DNA of 64,000 nt, taken from NCBI GenBank assembly GCA_951406725.2, contig OX597835.1:13268001-13332000 (forward strand), in the 5' to 3' direction. Each line of letters begins with the position of its first letter. The first letter of the stretch is position 1. Shown piece by piece: positions 37,182 to 49,579 of the stretch. Below the pieces are notes generated by a model that did no database searches, was not told the origin of the DNA, and saw only the letters and a list, made by a program, of their open reading frames with translations. The DNA is from Octopus vulgaris. Lineage: Eukaryota. Both the position numbers and the translations under genes were made by a program.

Positions 37182-37705
37182 TCTTAACATAACAGATGGT
37201 TCTTGTCATAACAGATGGTTCTTGTCCATCAACAATATAAATAAAAGTGCTTTTATGCACTACAAGTCCATATGAGGGTCTTCTCATGGTCAATAAGGCA
37301 TTATTTTGTGTTTTAACACAACATTGAAGTTAAGTTGGGAATAAAGATTGCCCTTTCATATCGAAACTGCTCCTGTCACTATTAATTATTTTGTACAATT
37401 ATAATCTCAATAACCCTAATCACTAACTCATATGTCTTCGTTATTCAATCATTATTACTGGGGATTAAACGTTTAGTCTTAGTCCGGTTTAGTCAGTCAC
37501 CATTGTTATGCAACAACTGATTTAGTCTAATCAATCAACGAATCACTGCTGCTGCCCCAGTTTAACGATTTAGCAAAAAGCCCCACGAGGGGTCATGCTA
37601 GTACGTAATGGGGAAAACACTTAGAAAAATGTGTGTGTGTGTGTGTCTACATTAACCTACTTTAAACATTCATAATTTGAGTGATGAATAATGATTTCTT
37701 AAGTG

Positions 37706-38205
37706 CAGTGGTGGTGGTGACGATGGTGGTTGTTGTGGTGGTAGGGATGGTGGTGGTGATGGTTGTAGTGGTGGTGGTGGTGGTGGTTGTAGTGGTGGTG
37801 GGGTGGTGGTGTTGGTGGCGGTGGTGATACTGGTGGTGGTGGTGGTGGTGGTGGTGGCGGTGGTGATACTGATGGTGGCTGTGGTGGTGGTGGTGGTGGT
37901 AGTTAATTGTGGAAAGGGACACTGATTCTAAATTTCATTAACTGCTTCCATTCTCTTCTGTCTCACCATTACTATCATGATCATCACCATCACCACCATA
38001 CCACCACCACCACCATTGTCATTGTACTTGTTATCATATTATCATCATCATCATCACCATCATCATCACTACCACAACCCTGATCTTCATCATTGTCACC
38101 ACCCCCACCATCATCATCATCATCCCCATCATCATCATCCCCATCATCATCATCCCCATCATCATCATCCCCATCATCACCACCATACCCATCGTCATCA
38201 TCAAC
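37706..38205. repeat. (GGT)n tract followed by complementary (CAC)/(CAT)n tract
   Basis: Direct reading. Confidence 0.9.
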
Positions 38206-38624
38206 ATGTGAGTACTAGTGACCTCCTTATATGTTCCTTCATTAGTACTCCTCATTTGAAGTATTCTCTTCCTGTAATAAAAAAAAAAAAAGACCGAAAC
38301 ATTATTTATTACATTTTTATGGTATTTATTTATTTATTTATTGGTTTGTTTATTCAAGACCTTATTTCCATCTATTTCATTTCCTTTTCAATTTTATTGA
38401 TTCGTTCCATCCCCCCACCCCCACACCCACCCCCACCCTCACCCCACCTCCGTTTCGTTTTGCTGACTTTTCATTTAATTACCATCAGATAGATAACACG
38501 TACCTGCATCATCAATATTTCTCTCATCACTTAACGTCATTTTCGGTGCAAGACGTGAGGAATGTCATTGACCTTATTGGCACTAAAAGCACCGTTTTTT
38601 AACACCATCATCATCATCATCATC

Positions 38625-38940
38625 GTGCAGGAGTGGCTGTGTGGTAAGTAGGCTTGCTTACCAACCACGTGGTTCTGGGGTTCAGTCCCACTGCGTGGCA
38701 CCTTGGGCAAGTGTCTTCTACTATAGCCTCAGGCCAACCAAAGCCTTGTGAATAGATTTGGTAGACGGAAATAGAAAGATGCTGATGTGTTTATGTCCCT
38801 GTAACTTGGTGGTTCAGCAAAAGATACTGATAGAATAAGTACTAGGCTTACAAACAATAAGTCCTGGGGTCGATTTGTTCGACTAAAGAGGCAGTGCTCC
38901 AGCATGGCCGCAGTCAAAAGACTGAAACAAATAAAAGAAT
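38625..38940 (+). mobile_element. Family A SINE lacking the central microsatellite
   Basis: Head joined directly to gatgctgatgtgtttatgtccc. Confidence 0.88.
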
Positions 38941-38984
38941 ATATATATTTACATATTGAATTGATAAAAGTTGTTTTTTTTCTA

Positions 38985-39028
<44 letters not shown>

Positions 39029-39134
39029 TATTTTGTGAAATTTTATTTAGTATTTCTAAATTGAATTCTTCCCTGTAAGTTTGGAATTATATTCCCAAAT
39101 AATAATAATAATAATAATAATTATTATTATATAT

Positions 39135-39540
39135 CCGTTGCCAGCCTTGCCTGGCCCCCGTGCCGGTGACACGTAAAAGCACCATCCGTTCGTGTCCGTT
39201 GCCAGCCTCGCCTGGCCCCCGTGCCGGTGGCACGTAAAAGCACCATCCGTTCGTGTCCATTGCCAGCCTCGCCTGGCCCCCGTGCCGGTGGCACATAAAA
39301 GCACCATCCATTCGTGGCCGTTTGCCAGCTCTGTCTGGCACCTGTGCGGGTGGCATGTAAAAAGCACCCACTACACTCTCAGAGTGGTTGGCGTTAAGAA
39401 GGGCATCCAGCCGTAGAAACACTGCCAGATCAGACTGGGCCTGATGCAGCCTTCTGGCTTCACAGACCCCAGTTGAACCGTCCAACCCATGCTAGCATGG
39501 AAAACGGACGCTAAATGATGATGATGATGATGATGATGAT
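39135..39540 (+). mobile_element. Family C element with three internal ~60-bp tandem units
   Basis: ccgttgccagcctcgcctggcccccgtgccggtggcacgtaaaagcaccatccgttcgtgt x3, then the RTE-type tail. Confidence 0.88.
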
Positions 39541-40200
39541 CTATATATATATATATATATATATATACTATGGGCTTCTTTTAGTTTCCATCTACCAAAT
39601 CCATTGACAAAACTTTGGTTGGCCTGAAGCTATTGTAAAAAAGTAACTTGCTCAAGGTGCCATGCCTGTGTATATTCATTTATGTCTGCGTGTGTTGTAA
39701 TTCCTTTTCCTTTTAGTGCAATAGAATAAATCTCTCTCTCATCTCAAGGCCGTCGTTGTCCATTAACGAAATAATTGCAGAATAATTAAGAGAAACAGGA
39801 TGTGTTGCTAATGATGCTAAGGTTCTGGTACAGCCTTGAAGAAACCTTATTTTTTCCTGAAAATTCTTCCTTTCTGTGTTTTTTTTTCTTTTTTTGCTGA
39901 CATCAGTGTCATAGTTTGCAAGTCTCTCACAACGACTGATCATTGGCTGATTTCTGTCATCGTCATCATCTTTGGTGTCGCTACAGCTGCTGCTGCTTTT
40001 GCCGTTACCAGTCCTCATCTGTTTCCAGGAATTGTGATACCCTTTTCCTCCCTGCCCCCGGTCCTTTGAACATGAACGGAACAAGGGCCGGACATGTTTT
40101 CACAGAAGATTGCAAATGAATCACACTGCTTGTATGATGGGGATGTTCATTTACAACTAGCTTGTGGTGTCAAGGCAAAGTGATCCTATCATACATTCAT

Positions 40201-40254
<54 letters not shown>

Positions 40255-40689
40255 CACACACACATGCACACACTGCACACATACATGTATGTACTCACAA
40301 ATATCACACTGGTGCACACACATGTACATATACACAAATATCACACTCACGCACACATACATATACACAAATATGACACAGATGCATACACATTCACACA
40401 CACACACACACACACTTATACACAAATATCACACATATAGAAACACATACACACAAATATCACATCATAGACTCACACACACACTAACATACACACCACA
40501 AATATCACACACACACATGATGATCTTCTTTCAGCATCCTCCTGTTTCAAATCCAATAACCTCCGAAGGCTTTGTTCCACCTGGGGCTATAGTCGAAAAC
40601 ACCTGAACGACCTACAAGCGGGACTGAACCAGGCATCACGTGGTTCATAAACCACGCAACCCTAACCCCTGCACCTAAATTTCTAAATA

Positions 40690-40832
40690 TCGTTAGGAAG
40701 GGCATCCAGCCGTAGAAACACTGCCAGATCTGACTAGGCCTGATGAAGCCTTCCGGCTTCACAGACCCCAGTTGAACCGTCCAACCCATGCTAGCTTGGA
40801 AAATGGACGCTAAACGATGATGATGATGATGA
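40690..40832 (+). mobile_element. 5'-truncated family C element
   Basis: cgttaggaagggcatccagccgtagaaac...(gat)n. Confidence 0.85.
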
Positions 40833-41421
40833 TTCCGCAGCGATTAAGATGGGACCAAATTTTGAAATCCTTCGTATAATTCCTTCCGAAATCTGGAATG
40901 GAAATATTTAATTTATGCCGATTCCACTGATATTTTACTAAGGATTGGATTTCTGTCGGTCCACTTCCTACCTTTCATAATGAAACCATTGAAGAAGCTA
41001 ATCACAACCAGAAACGCCTTTGTTCCGACCGTTTTCTGTCCGACGGACTCTTCGTCATTCTGTCTGTCTGTGCGTCTATCTCTCTTCCATTTGCACTTTT
41101 GTTTCTATCAAATGCCATAATCTTTCTCTGGTTATTACCTTTCATTTCCCTTGAGAGGCTTCGACAAACACAAATACCATTTCCATATACACCACAAGTG
41201 AATAAGGATTACTTTGCAAGCACATAATGCATGTATGTATGCTCGACCGACTATAGAGATTTAAAGGTCGTTGTGTTGACCTTAGTGAGTAGCACTTGCT
41301 GTTTTATTATGCATGTGTGCATGCGTGGTTGTCCGCAGAGATTTAAAAATTAGGTCGGGGATATGAAGTTTGCAATTTACTTGAAAGCACATGTTCTTCT
41401 TTCATGTGTGATAATATTTTA

Positions 41422-41494
<73 letters not shown>

Positions 41495-41665
41495 GTATAT
41501 ATATATGTATGTGTATATATTTATGTATATATGTGTATATATGTATATGCATGTGGAAAGAGACAGAGAGAGAGATAGAGAGGGAGAGCATTGTGTGGGG
41601 AGAGAGAGGGAGAGAGCATTTTTAGGCTCTGTCATAGAGAAAGCTAGTAAGCTTGTGTGTGTGTG

Positions 41666-41701
<36 letters not shown>

Positions 41702-41947
41702 TGTGTGTGTCTTCAATGTAGACCAAAATTAATGGAGGAAATCTGTTAAAATGTTAAAGTACCTGAACAAATGTGTTTGATATTGTTTATCCCGATATCT
41801 CCCCGAGTTCAACTCTCACCCAGGCAGGTTGACTTTGTCCTTTACCCCTCCAGGGGTTTCAGTGAAATATGTTACCAATAATATTACCAATGCGTTAGTG
41901 CTACCACTTCATTACTTTTTGACTGTTCACACACACACACACACACT

Positions 41948-41988
<41 letters not shown>

Positions 41989-42899
41989 ACACACACATGT
42001 ATATATACTGGTTTCAAATTTTGGAATGGTCTACTCACATTTAGTGTTGGTTTGCCTTTGAGCAGGTCTTGTGCATGTTAACCTCCAGCATTCTCTAATA
42101 TGATTTAGGAGGGCCCATATCCTCCCCTGGCACACTGCTAAGGAGATTACTGGAACTATGACCATCCATGGGATGAATGCCGGAAGGGTTTCTCGTTGCC
42201 TTCTCCAAGCAGGTGGGATTTGAACTCAGAATGTAGAGTTGGAATATATACCGCAAAGCATTCCTGCCAACGATTCTGGCACTCTCCCACCCATTAGCAC
42301 AATGTCAAATGAAGTGTTTTGCTCGAGAACACCACATGTCACCCTGTCCAAGAATTGAACTCATTGTCTGGCAATTTGCGAGAGCAACTCCTTAATCTCT
42401 ATGTGCCTTCACTATAGAACGCTGACACTGTTGAAATATTTTCCATTGTTATCATAGATTTGGCAGTTTCACTTTCGGGTCATCGTCCATTGGGACAATC
42501 ATAATCTAGATTCTTTTTTTTTTTTTTTGCCTTCCATTTATTTTTTTTTCGAAAGCAGAAGAATTTCTCTGAAATTCTTTCTTTCATTTCGAAATTCTGC
42601 TTCCATTTCCATCAACACATGCGACGAGGAATTTACATCATATTTCGCTATATTTACTTCTTCTGTCACGTATATTCCAGCAGAATTATTTTATTTTTAC
42701 CATTTTCAGCAAATAATGTGGGTGGCTTTATGCATATCTGTGTGTGTTTTTATAGGCACGCATTCATTATATTCTGTGCATGTGTTTGTGCATATGCACT
42801 TTTGCACGTCTATGCTTGCATGATTATATTAATAGGAAACAGCTTATTTTCAAGTCAACACATTAAAACTCTGGCGAGTATCTCCAAAATGGTACCCCA

Positions 42900-43690
42900 T
42901 CCACAGTATTATGATGCACAATAGTATTATGCTGCACAATATTGTGCATCCTACAAGACAGCAAGCTGACAGAATCGTCAGCTCGCTGGACAAAGGCTTG
43001 GTGGCATCGTCTTTATACATTCTGTGTTCAAATTCTACCTAGGTTGATTTTACCATTCATCCTTCGGGGGTCGGTAAAATAAGTCCCTGTTGAAGACTAG
43101 GGTCAGTGTAATCAACAAACCCTCTCCCTCCCCAAATTGCTGGCCTTGTGCCGAAATTTGAAGCCGATATTGTGCATCATACATAATATGGTGCACAATA
43201 TATACTGCAGTGCATTGTATGCACAACATGATCTGCCATACATGACTTGGTGCAGAATACATGCTGCAATGCAGTGTATGCAAAATTTGGTGCACCACAC
43301 ATAATATGATGCATTTTTTACAGGATATTGTGCACCACTTACAATATGATGTGCTTAACACATAAAAGTGCACCATATACATATGCTGCAGCATATGCAA
43401 TATGATGTACTATACACAGTATGGTGCTATGCACAATATCATACACCATGTATAGTCTGGTGTACATGCATACTGTGGCATAGCATACGCAATATATTGC
43501 ACTGTGCACACTTATGTTGTATGTGCAATCTAGTACATCATACATGGTCTGGTGCATCATACACTGTCTTATGCACTATACACAGAGTGGCACACCATAC
43601 ATAGTTGTGGTGTGCCATACATCATAGGCAAACCATATATAACATTATGTCCTGCACACAGTGGTTCATCAGACACAATATAATCTTTTT
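42900..43690. repeat. Degenerate tgcacaatat-type low-complexity repeat with an embedded family B variant SINE (42960-43165)
   Basis: Recurrent tgcac/tgcat/atat motifs; SINE match. Confidence 0.7.
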
Positions 43691-43764
43691 TTCTACTATG
43701 AGCACAAGGTCCGAAATCTGGAGGGATTATTATAGTAATCCATATTGTTAATATTTTTTTTTCT

Positions 43765-45543
43765 ACTCAAGGCCCGAAATTTTTGAGGGAGGGGGCCAGT
43801 CAATTAGATCGACCCCCAGTATGCCACTGGTACTTAATTTATCGACTCCGAAAGGATGAAAGGCAAAGTCAAACCTCGGCAGAATTTGAACCCAGAACAT
43901 AACGATGAGCGAAATACCGCTAAGCATTTCATCCAGCGTGCTAACGATTCTGCCAGCTAATGACTCTGTGAAACACAGTATAATACATCATGCTCACTCT
44001 AGCATGAAATCTATACATGACTCTCTTTTACTCTCTTTTACTTGTTTCAGTCATTTGACTGCGGCCATGCTGGAGCACCGCCTTTAATCGAGCAACTCGA
44101 CCCTGGGACTTATTCTTTTTGTAAGCCCAGTACTTATTCTATCGGTCTCTTTTTGCCGAACTGCTAAGTAACGGGAACATAAACACACCAGCATCGGTTG
44201 TCAAGCAATGCTAGGGGGACAAACACAGACACACAAACACACACACGCATATATACATATATACGACGGGCTTCTTTCAGTTTCCGTCTACCAAATCCAC
44301 TCACAAGGATTTGGTCGGCCCGAGGCTATAGTAGAAGACACTTGCCCAAGGTTCCACGCAGTGGGACTGAACCCGGAACTGTGGAAGAAAATCTTCCGAG
44401 AGGCTGCTAGTGATGTCAGGCAACTGGTAACTGTATCTCCTTGAAGCAATTGTTTTACCTTCTTTTTGCCGTTTGCATCATGGTTTCGTTAAGGTTTAGT
44501 CTGTTGCACATTATCCGTTTGCTGTCGGAGTGTTTATAAACAATGGTAAATCTAGGAGTTTTGCTTGCACCTTGCAATATGGTGCATCATGCTCGTTGTT
44601 GTACACCAAGCAATATGTTGCACTGCATACAATCTGCTGTGCAGTGTGCAGTGTACTCTTTCACTTGTTTCAGTCATTTGACTGCAGCCATGCTGGAGCA
44701 CCGCCTATTAGTCGAAGTAATCAACCCCAGAACTTATTCTTTGTAAGCTTGGTACTTATTCTATCGGTCACTTTTGCCGAACCGCTAAGTTACAAGGACA
44801 TAAACACACCAACATCAGTTGACAAGCGACAGTAGGGGGGGGGGGGACAAACAATGACACACACATAGATATACATATATTATATATGCGACGGGCTTCT
44901 TTCTGTTTCCATCTACTAAATCCACTCACAAGGTTTTGGCCAGCCTGAGAACACTTGCCCAAGGTGCCATGCAGTGGGACTGAACCTGGAACCATGTGGT
45001 TGGAAAGGAAGCTTCTTACCACACAGCCATGCCAGCACCATACATTATCTGGGCCAGTATATATAATGTGTTGCATCCTCCTCAAAACGAAATAAAACTT
45101 CATCAGAAATTCACAGCCAGGAGTGGCTGTGTGGTAAGTAGCTTGCTAACCAACCACATGGTTCCGGGTTCAGTCCCACTGCGTGGCATCTTGAGCAAGT
45201 GCCTTCTGCTATAGCCCCGGGCCGACCAATGCCTTGTGAGTGGATTTGGTAGACGGAAACTGAAAGAAGCCTGTCGTATATATGTATATATATATATATA
45301 TATATATAAGTGTGTGTGTATATGTTTGTGTGTCTGTGATTGTCCCCCTAGCATTGCTTGACAACCGATGCTGGTGTGTTTACGTCCCCGTCACTTAGCG
45401 GTTCGGCAAAAGAGACCGATAGAATAAGTACTGGGCTTACAAAGAATAAGTCCCGGGGTCGATTTGCTCGACTAAAGGCGGTGCTCCAGCATGGCCGCAG
45501 TCAAATGACTGAAACAAGTAAAAGAGTAAAGAGTAAAAGAGAG
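43765..45543. mobile_element. SINE cluster: B variant (43765-43960,-), A (44025-44382,-), A (44655-45035,-), A (45117-45543,+)
   Basis: Match to other copies in the window. Confidence 0.88.
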
Positions 45544-46317
45544 CCAAATCATCAATGAAGTCCGTCCAGGCTCAACAAACGGTAAAGGTTGATAGTTTGC
45601 TTGCAGTTCTTTGCTTGTTAATGTCAGGCTTACAGACTTCACTGTTCTGGCTTCTCTAGTTCCATGGTTAGTCTTCTACTTTATAAACATCTCCATTCCA
45701 ACACTGTTTCACTGCCAATCTCGCCAGGAAATTATTTCATTTTAGAAGTTAATTATTTTACTGACAAGAAAAGCAATTTGTGAAAGTCAAAACCAAACAA
45801 AGTAAAAAAAAAAGAAAAAATGAAAGAGTCCAAGAAAAGTGAAGAAGGAATGAGACTTTAAGAGAGAGGGAGGAAGAATAGGAGAATGAAAGAGAGAAAG
45901 AGGATGAGTGAGAGAGTATGTGTTAATATGTGTGCTTAGAGTTGAAAACTTGTTCGAAAGAGGAAATATTTGATGGTCTTCAGATTAAATTACTAATGAA
46001 AGAACTGCTATTTCTTCACGCTTTGGAAACAAATGGAAATCATGAACAGCATACAGCTAAGAAGTTGTCACATATTTTACTGACAGAATTACAGGTACCA
46101 GCTACAGAGGTCTTGTTTTCATTTTACGTTTATTTGACAGATTTTGCAAGAAATACACGTCATTCCTCAAAACCTGTTGGCACTAAGAAATGGTATGTTG
46201 CACTAATAACATTAAACAGCCCTCTACTCTGAGTGTTTATAAATTGACCGTACTACTAGTGTTAATTGCTAACTGTGGATGGTGTTAATACAGGTTGCGT
46301 TAATAATATTAGCTTAT

Positions 46318-46716
46318 TGGCAGCATTCTATCCGTCTTTACATTCTGAGTTCAAATTCTGCTATGGTTGACTTAGCCTTTTATCCCTTCAGGGTTGATAG
46401 ATTTAGTACCAGTTTAACCCTGGGGTCGATGTAATTGACTCCCCCACCTCCGAAATTGCTGGCCTTGTGCCAAAATTTGAAATCAATATTTCTTTGATTT
46501 AAAGAGGCGAGCTGGTAGAATCGTTAGCTTACCGGGTGAATTGCTTAGTGGCATTTTGTCTGTCTTTGTGTTCTGAGTTCAAATTCCACCAAGGTTAACC
46601 TTACCTTTCATACTTTCGGGAGTCAATAAAATAAGTGCCAGCCAAGCACTGGGATTGATGGAATTGATTTACTCCCCTGCCCTGAAATTGCTGGGGTTGT
46701 GCCAAAATTTGAAACC
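46318..46716 (+). mobile_element. Two family B variant SINEs
   Basis: ttctgagttcaaattc...gaaattgctggccttgtgccaaaatttgaaa occurs twice. Confidence 0.85.
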
Positions 46717-46734
46717 AGTGACTGCGTGTGTACC

Positions 46735-46928
46735 GTTGGCGATTTTTTTTTTTTTTTCCTCCGTCTTCCCTTCCTTGGATCTTTCCTTTTCCTATGTTTC
46801 TGATGAAGAGCTCCACTCGAAACGTTAAATCCTCCTTCTTTCTTTCCTTTCCTGAGCATCCAATAACACTATACTTATTCCACGTCCTTGCATTGTTGTG
46901 TTTTCTCTGTGTTTTCACGTTTGGATTA

Positions 46929-46932
<4 letters not shown>
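46735..46932 (+). mobile_element. Penelope-like solo pseudo-LTR
   Basis: Contains a minimal HHR and ends at (TA)n; same architecture as 1711-1910. Confidence 0.65.
46797..46829 (+). ncRNA. Minimal type I hammerhead ribozyme motif
   Basis: ttt CTGATGA a gag ctcca ctc GAAA cg T T aaa, with palindromic ACGU stem III. Confidence 0.7.
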
Positions 46933-47002
<70 letters not shown>

Positions 47003-47006
<4 letters not shown>

Positions 47007-47577
47007 GACAGTTTATCCCAGCAGAAGATGAATTATTTTTTAAAGATGGAATATATGACATAGAGAAACATTGGGTAAACATCATAAATGAACATGGATC
47101 ATACTTTGATTAAATAAATTAGTTCGTTAACACTTTTGAAACATTTCATTGTTACCTTTCAAATACGACATCTCTCTATATATAAACGGCAGTTTGTCTG
47201 TGCGTGTTTCTGTGTGTCTGTTTGCTTGTACCCTCACCCTGACCACGGCTTTCAACCGATTCTGATGAAACTTGACACACACATAGCCCAATGTCATAAT
47301 TCAAAACTAACACAGCGAAAATTTTGAAAAGTTCCCCCAGTTCTGAAAAAATCGATAAATTCGACATGGGGTCGAGAATCAGAAACACGAACCACAAACT
47401 GTCTAGGGGACGCAACTCCACCTTTTTTAAATCTCAAAAAAAAATTTACCATCATTTTTTTCCATTTTTTGGCTATTTTTTGGCTATAACTCTCTAAAAA
47501 TGCTTTATAGTTATTTCCCTTACAAACCTGAGCAACGCCAGGCGATACTGCTAGTTTCATATAAAACAACCTAATAT
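47003..47577 (+). mobile_element. mariner transposon 3' end interrupted by a Helitron
   Basis: GQFIPAEDELFFKDGIYDIEKHWVNIINEHGSYFD* is a mariner C-terminus; TIR-like ...acaacctaata follows the Helitron. Confidence 0.75.
47171..47554 (+). mobile_element. Non-autonomous Helitron
   Basis: A|TCTCTCTATATATAAAC ... cctgagcaacgccagg cgatactgCTAG|T. Confidence 0.92.
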
Positions 47578-47838
47578 GAATATAGGCGCAGGAATGGTTG
47601 TGTGGTAAGAAGCTTGCTTCCCAACCACATGGTTCCAGGTTCTAAACGATGCTAATTCCTCATTGCTGTGGGTGTTAACAGAAATCATCGTTAACTCCAC
47701 ATTACTGTCCCTCAGTACTTTTCATAGTGGGCAGTGCTACTTCCCTGCAACGGTGGAAAATTTTATATGGGTACTGGGGACATGGAAAATTTTATATGGG
47801 TACTGGGGACAAAGGAGTATATTGATTCCTGACATTAA

Positions 47839-48440
47839 CCCTTTTGTTACTGCATTTATTTTGAGATGCTCTGGGTTTCTTTCAATTATTCTAAACTAGC
47901 AGTATCGCCCGGCGTTGCTCAGGTTTGTAAGGGAAATAACTATAAAGCATTTTTAGAGAGTTATAGCCAAAAAATAGCAAAAAAATGGAAAAAAATGATG
48001 GTAAATTTTTTTTTAGTTAAAAAAAGGTGGAGTTGCGTCCTCTAGACAGTTTGCGGTTTGTGTTTCTGATTCTCGACCCCATGTCGAATTTATCGATTTT
48101 TTTCAGAACTGGGGGAACTTTTCAAAATTTTCGCTGCGTTAGTTTTGAATTATGACATTGGGCTATGTGTGTGTCAAGTTTCATCAGAATCGGTTGAAAG
48201 CCGTGGTCAGGGTGAGGGTACAAGCAAACAGACACACAGAAACACGCACAGACAAACTGCCGTTTATATATAGAGAGATATAAAAAGAATTTAGTAAAAT
48301 AACTTAGTTATCATTAAACTAGTGTTAGGAATGTAACTAGTGACTAAGGCTTGGTGGAATATTCTAATTCAAAACTTATGGAAACAAGACATTTTACCAC
48401 AGAGCCAGAGCCGGTTTTGGCCAGGTTAGTAACAAAAGGG
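47839..48440. mobile_element. piggyBac-like MITE interrupted by a Helitron
   Basis: TTAA|cccttttgttac ... gtaacaaaaggg|TTAC; colinear with 54447-54667 once the Helitron is removed. Confidence 0.85.
47896..48278 (-). mobile_element. Non-autonomous Helitron (inverted sister copy)
   Basis: Reverse complement of 47171-47554 with few differences; A|T target. Confidence 0.92.
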
Positions 48441-49579
48441 TTACCATATTTGATTCTTGGCAATGCTTGGACAATTCTTGTGATTCTTCTTCACTTCCAT
48501 CTTCTCCCAAACATTTTATTCACGAAACCATTAACGTTATTTTCTCTGGTGGTCTGGTTTCAAAGAATCACAGTACTAGGAATGTATCTTCTGTTATTCT
48601 GATTTTGTAATTTAATATCTGTGGCTGTTTTTGAATCAACACAACAGAGTTGCAAGAATTGTTGAGATTCTCCTCTGTCTGTGAGAACGAGTATTGTTCC
48701 TGTAACTATGAAATTGGCTGAGAACATGGATATAATGCAACCCATTGCCCTGGAGCATCAGTTATTCATGAGCTCCCAATGAAGCAAACATGTTGAATTG
48801 TAAGATCTGAAGATGTTGTTTTGAAGTTTTTTTAGTAATTAGGATTCCTTTGGCTACTCATTAAATTCCAAAGATACAATGGTTTTTCTCTCCAGTTAGA
48901 TAATAAGATTTTACTATTTTGACAGCTGTTATGGAATTTACTATCTGAGGAAGAGAACTCCCTAAGAAGAAGTGTTTAACTCTTCAAAATTACAAAAAAA
49001 AAAATCCCTGGAACATTTGGAGGATGCAATAAATATTCATCTGAAATAAAAGTGTTGTTTTTCTTATTTTTAATTCTTACATTTCTTCTATTTTGAAGAA
49101 GAGAAATTATTGAAAATTTCAATACGAATCAAAGAAATATTTAGATTTCTTTTTCTCTTGTCTTGATGCATTTTCTTCAATTTTTGCAGTTCTTCCATTT
49201 TGAATAACATTTACATTTCTTTGTCTTGTACCGATGCTATTTTCTTCGATTTTGGGAGCAGTAAGAACCCCAGATCTCTCTCCAGCAATTAACCCCCTCC
49301 TCTTGTTTTTCTCCTACATTTCCATTTCACCATCTTTTAATTATTCATCATGTTTCTTTTCCAAAGCCTTTCTTTATTTTTTCCTTCTGTTTTATTTTAC
49401 CTTCTTTGAGCTATTCTTTCTAGCCTTACATTGGCTTCTTCTTGTGATTCTTGTTGTCCTTTTATTCAACACTTCCTTTTCTCTCCAGTTCCTCTTATAA
49501 TCTTCATGGTTTTTGCTTTAGTTTTTCCTGCAGTTCAAACTTTAGTTTGTTATTTTTTTCTCTCTTTTTACCTAGAAGC

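Larger units (their letters stand above)
36557..37395 (+). repeat. ~330-360-bp tandem repeat (about 2.4 copies) carrying type I hammerheads; candidate non-LTR retrozyme
   Basis: Anchor ttttatgcac at 36562, 36889 and 37251. Shared blocks tatgagag..ct.tctca.ggt, aagatt, attaatta and acactgatattctatatat. HHR in units 1 and 2. Confidence 0.8.

Noticed and set aside
39135-39330. Regularly spaced repeats resembling a CRISPR array
   Set aside because: Eukaryotic context, no unique spacers and no cas genes; these are internal tandem units of the family C element.
47753-47811. 29-bp direct duplication tggaaaattttatatgggtactggggaca
   Set aside because: Ordinary local slippage duplication with no further structure.
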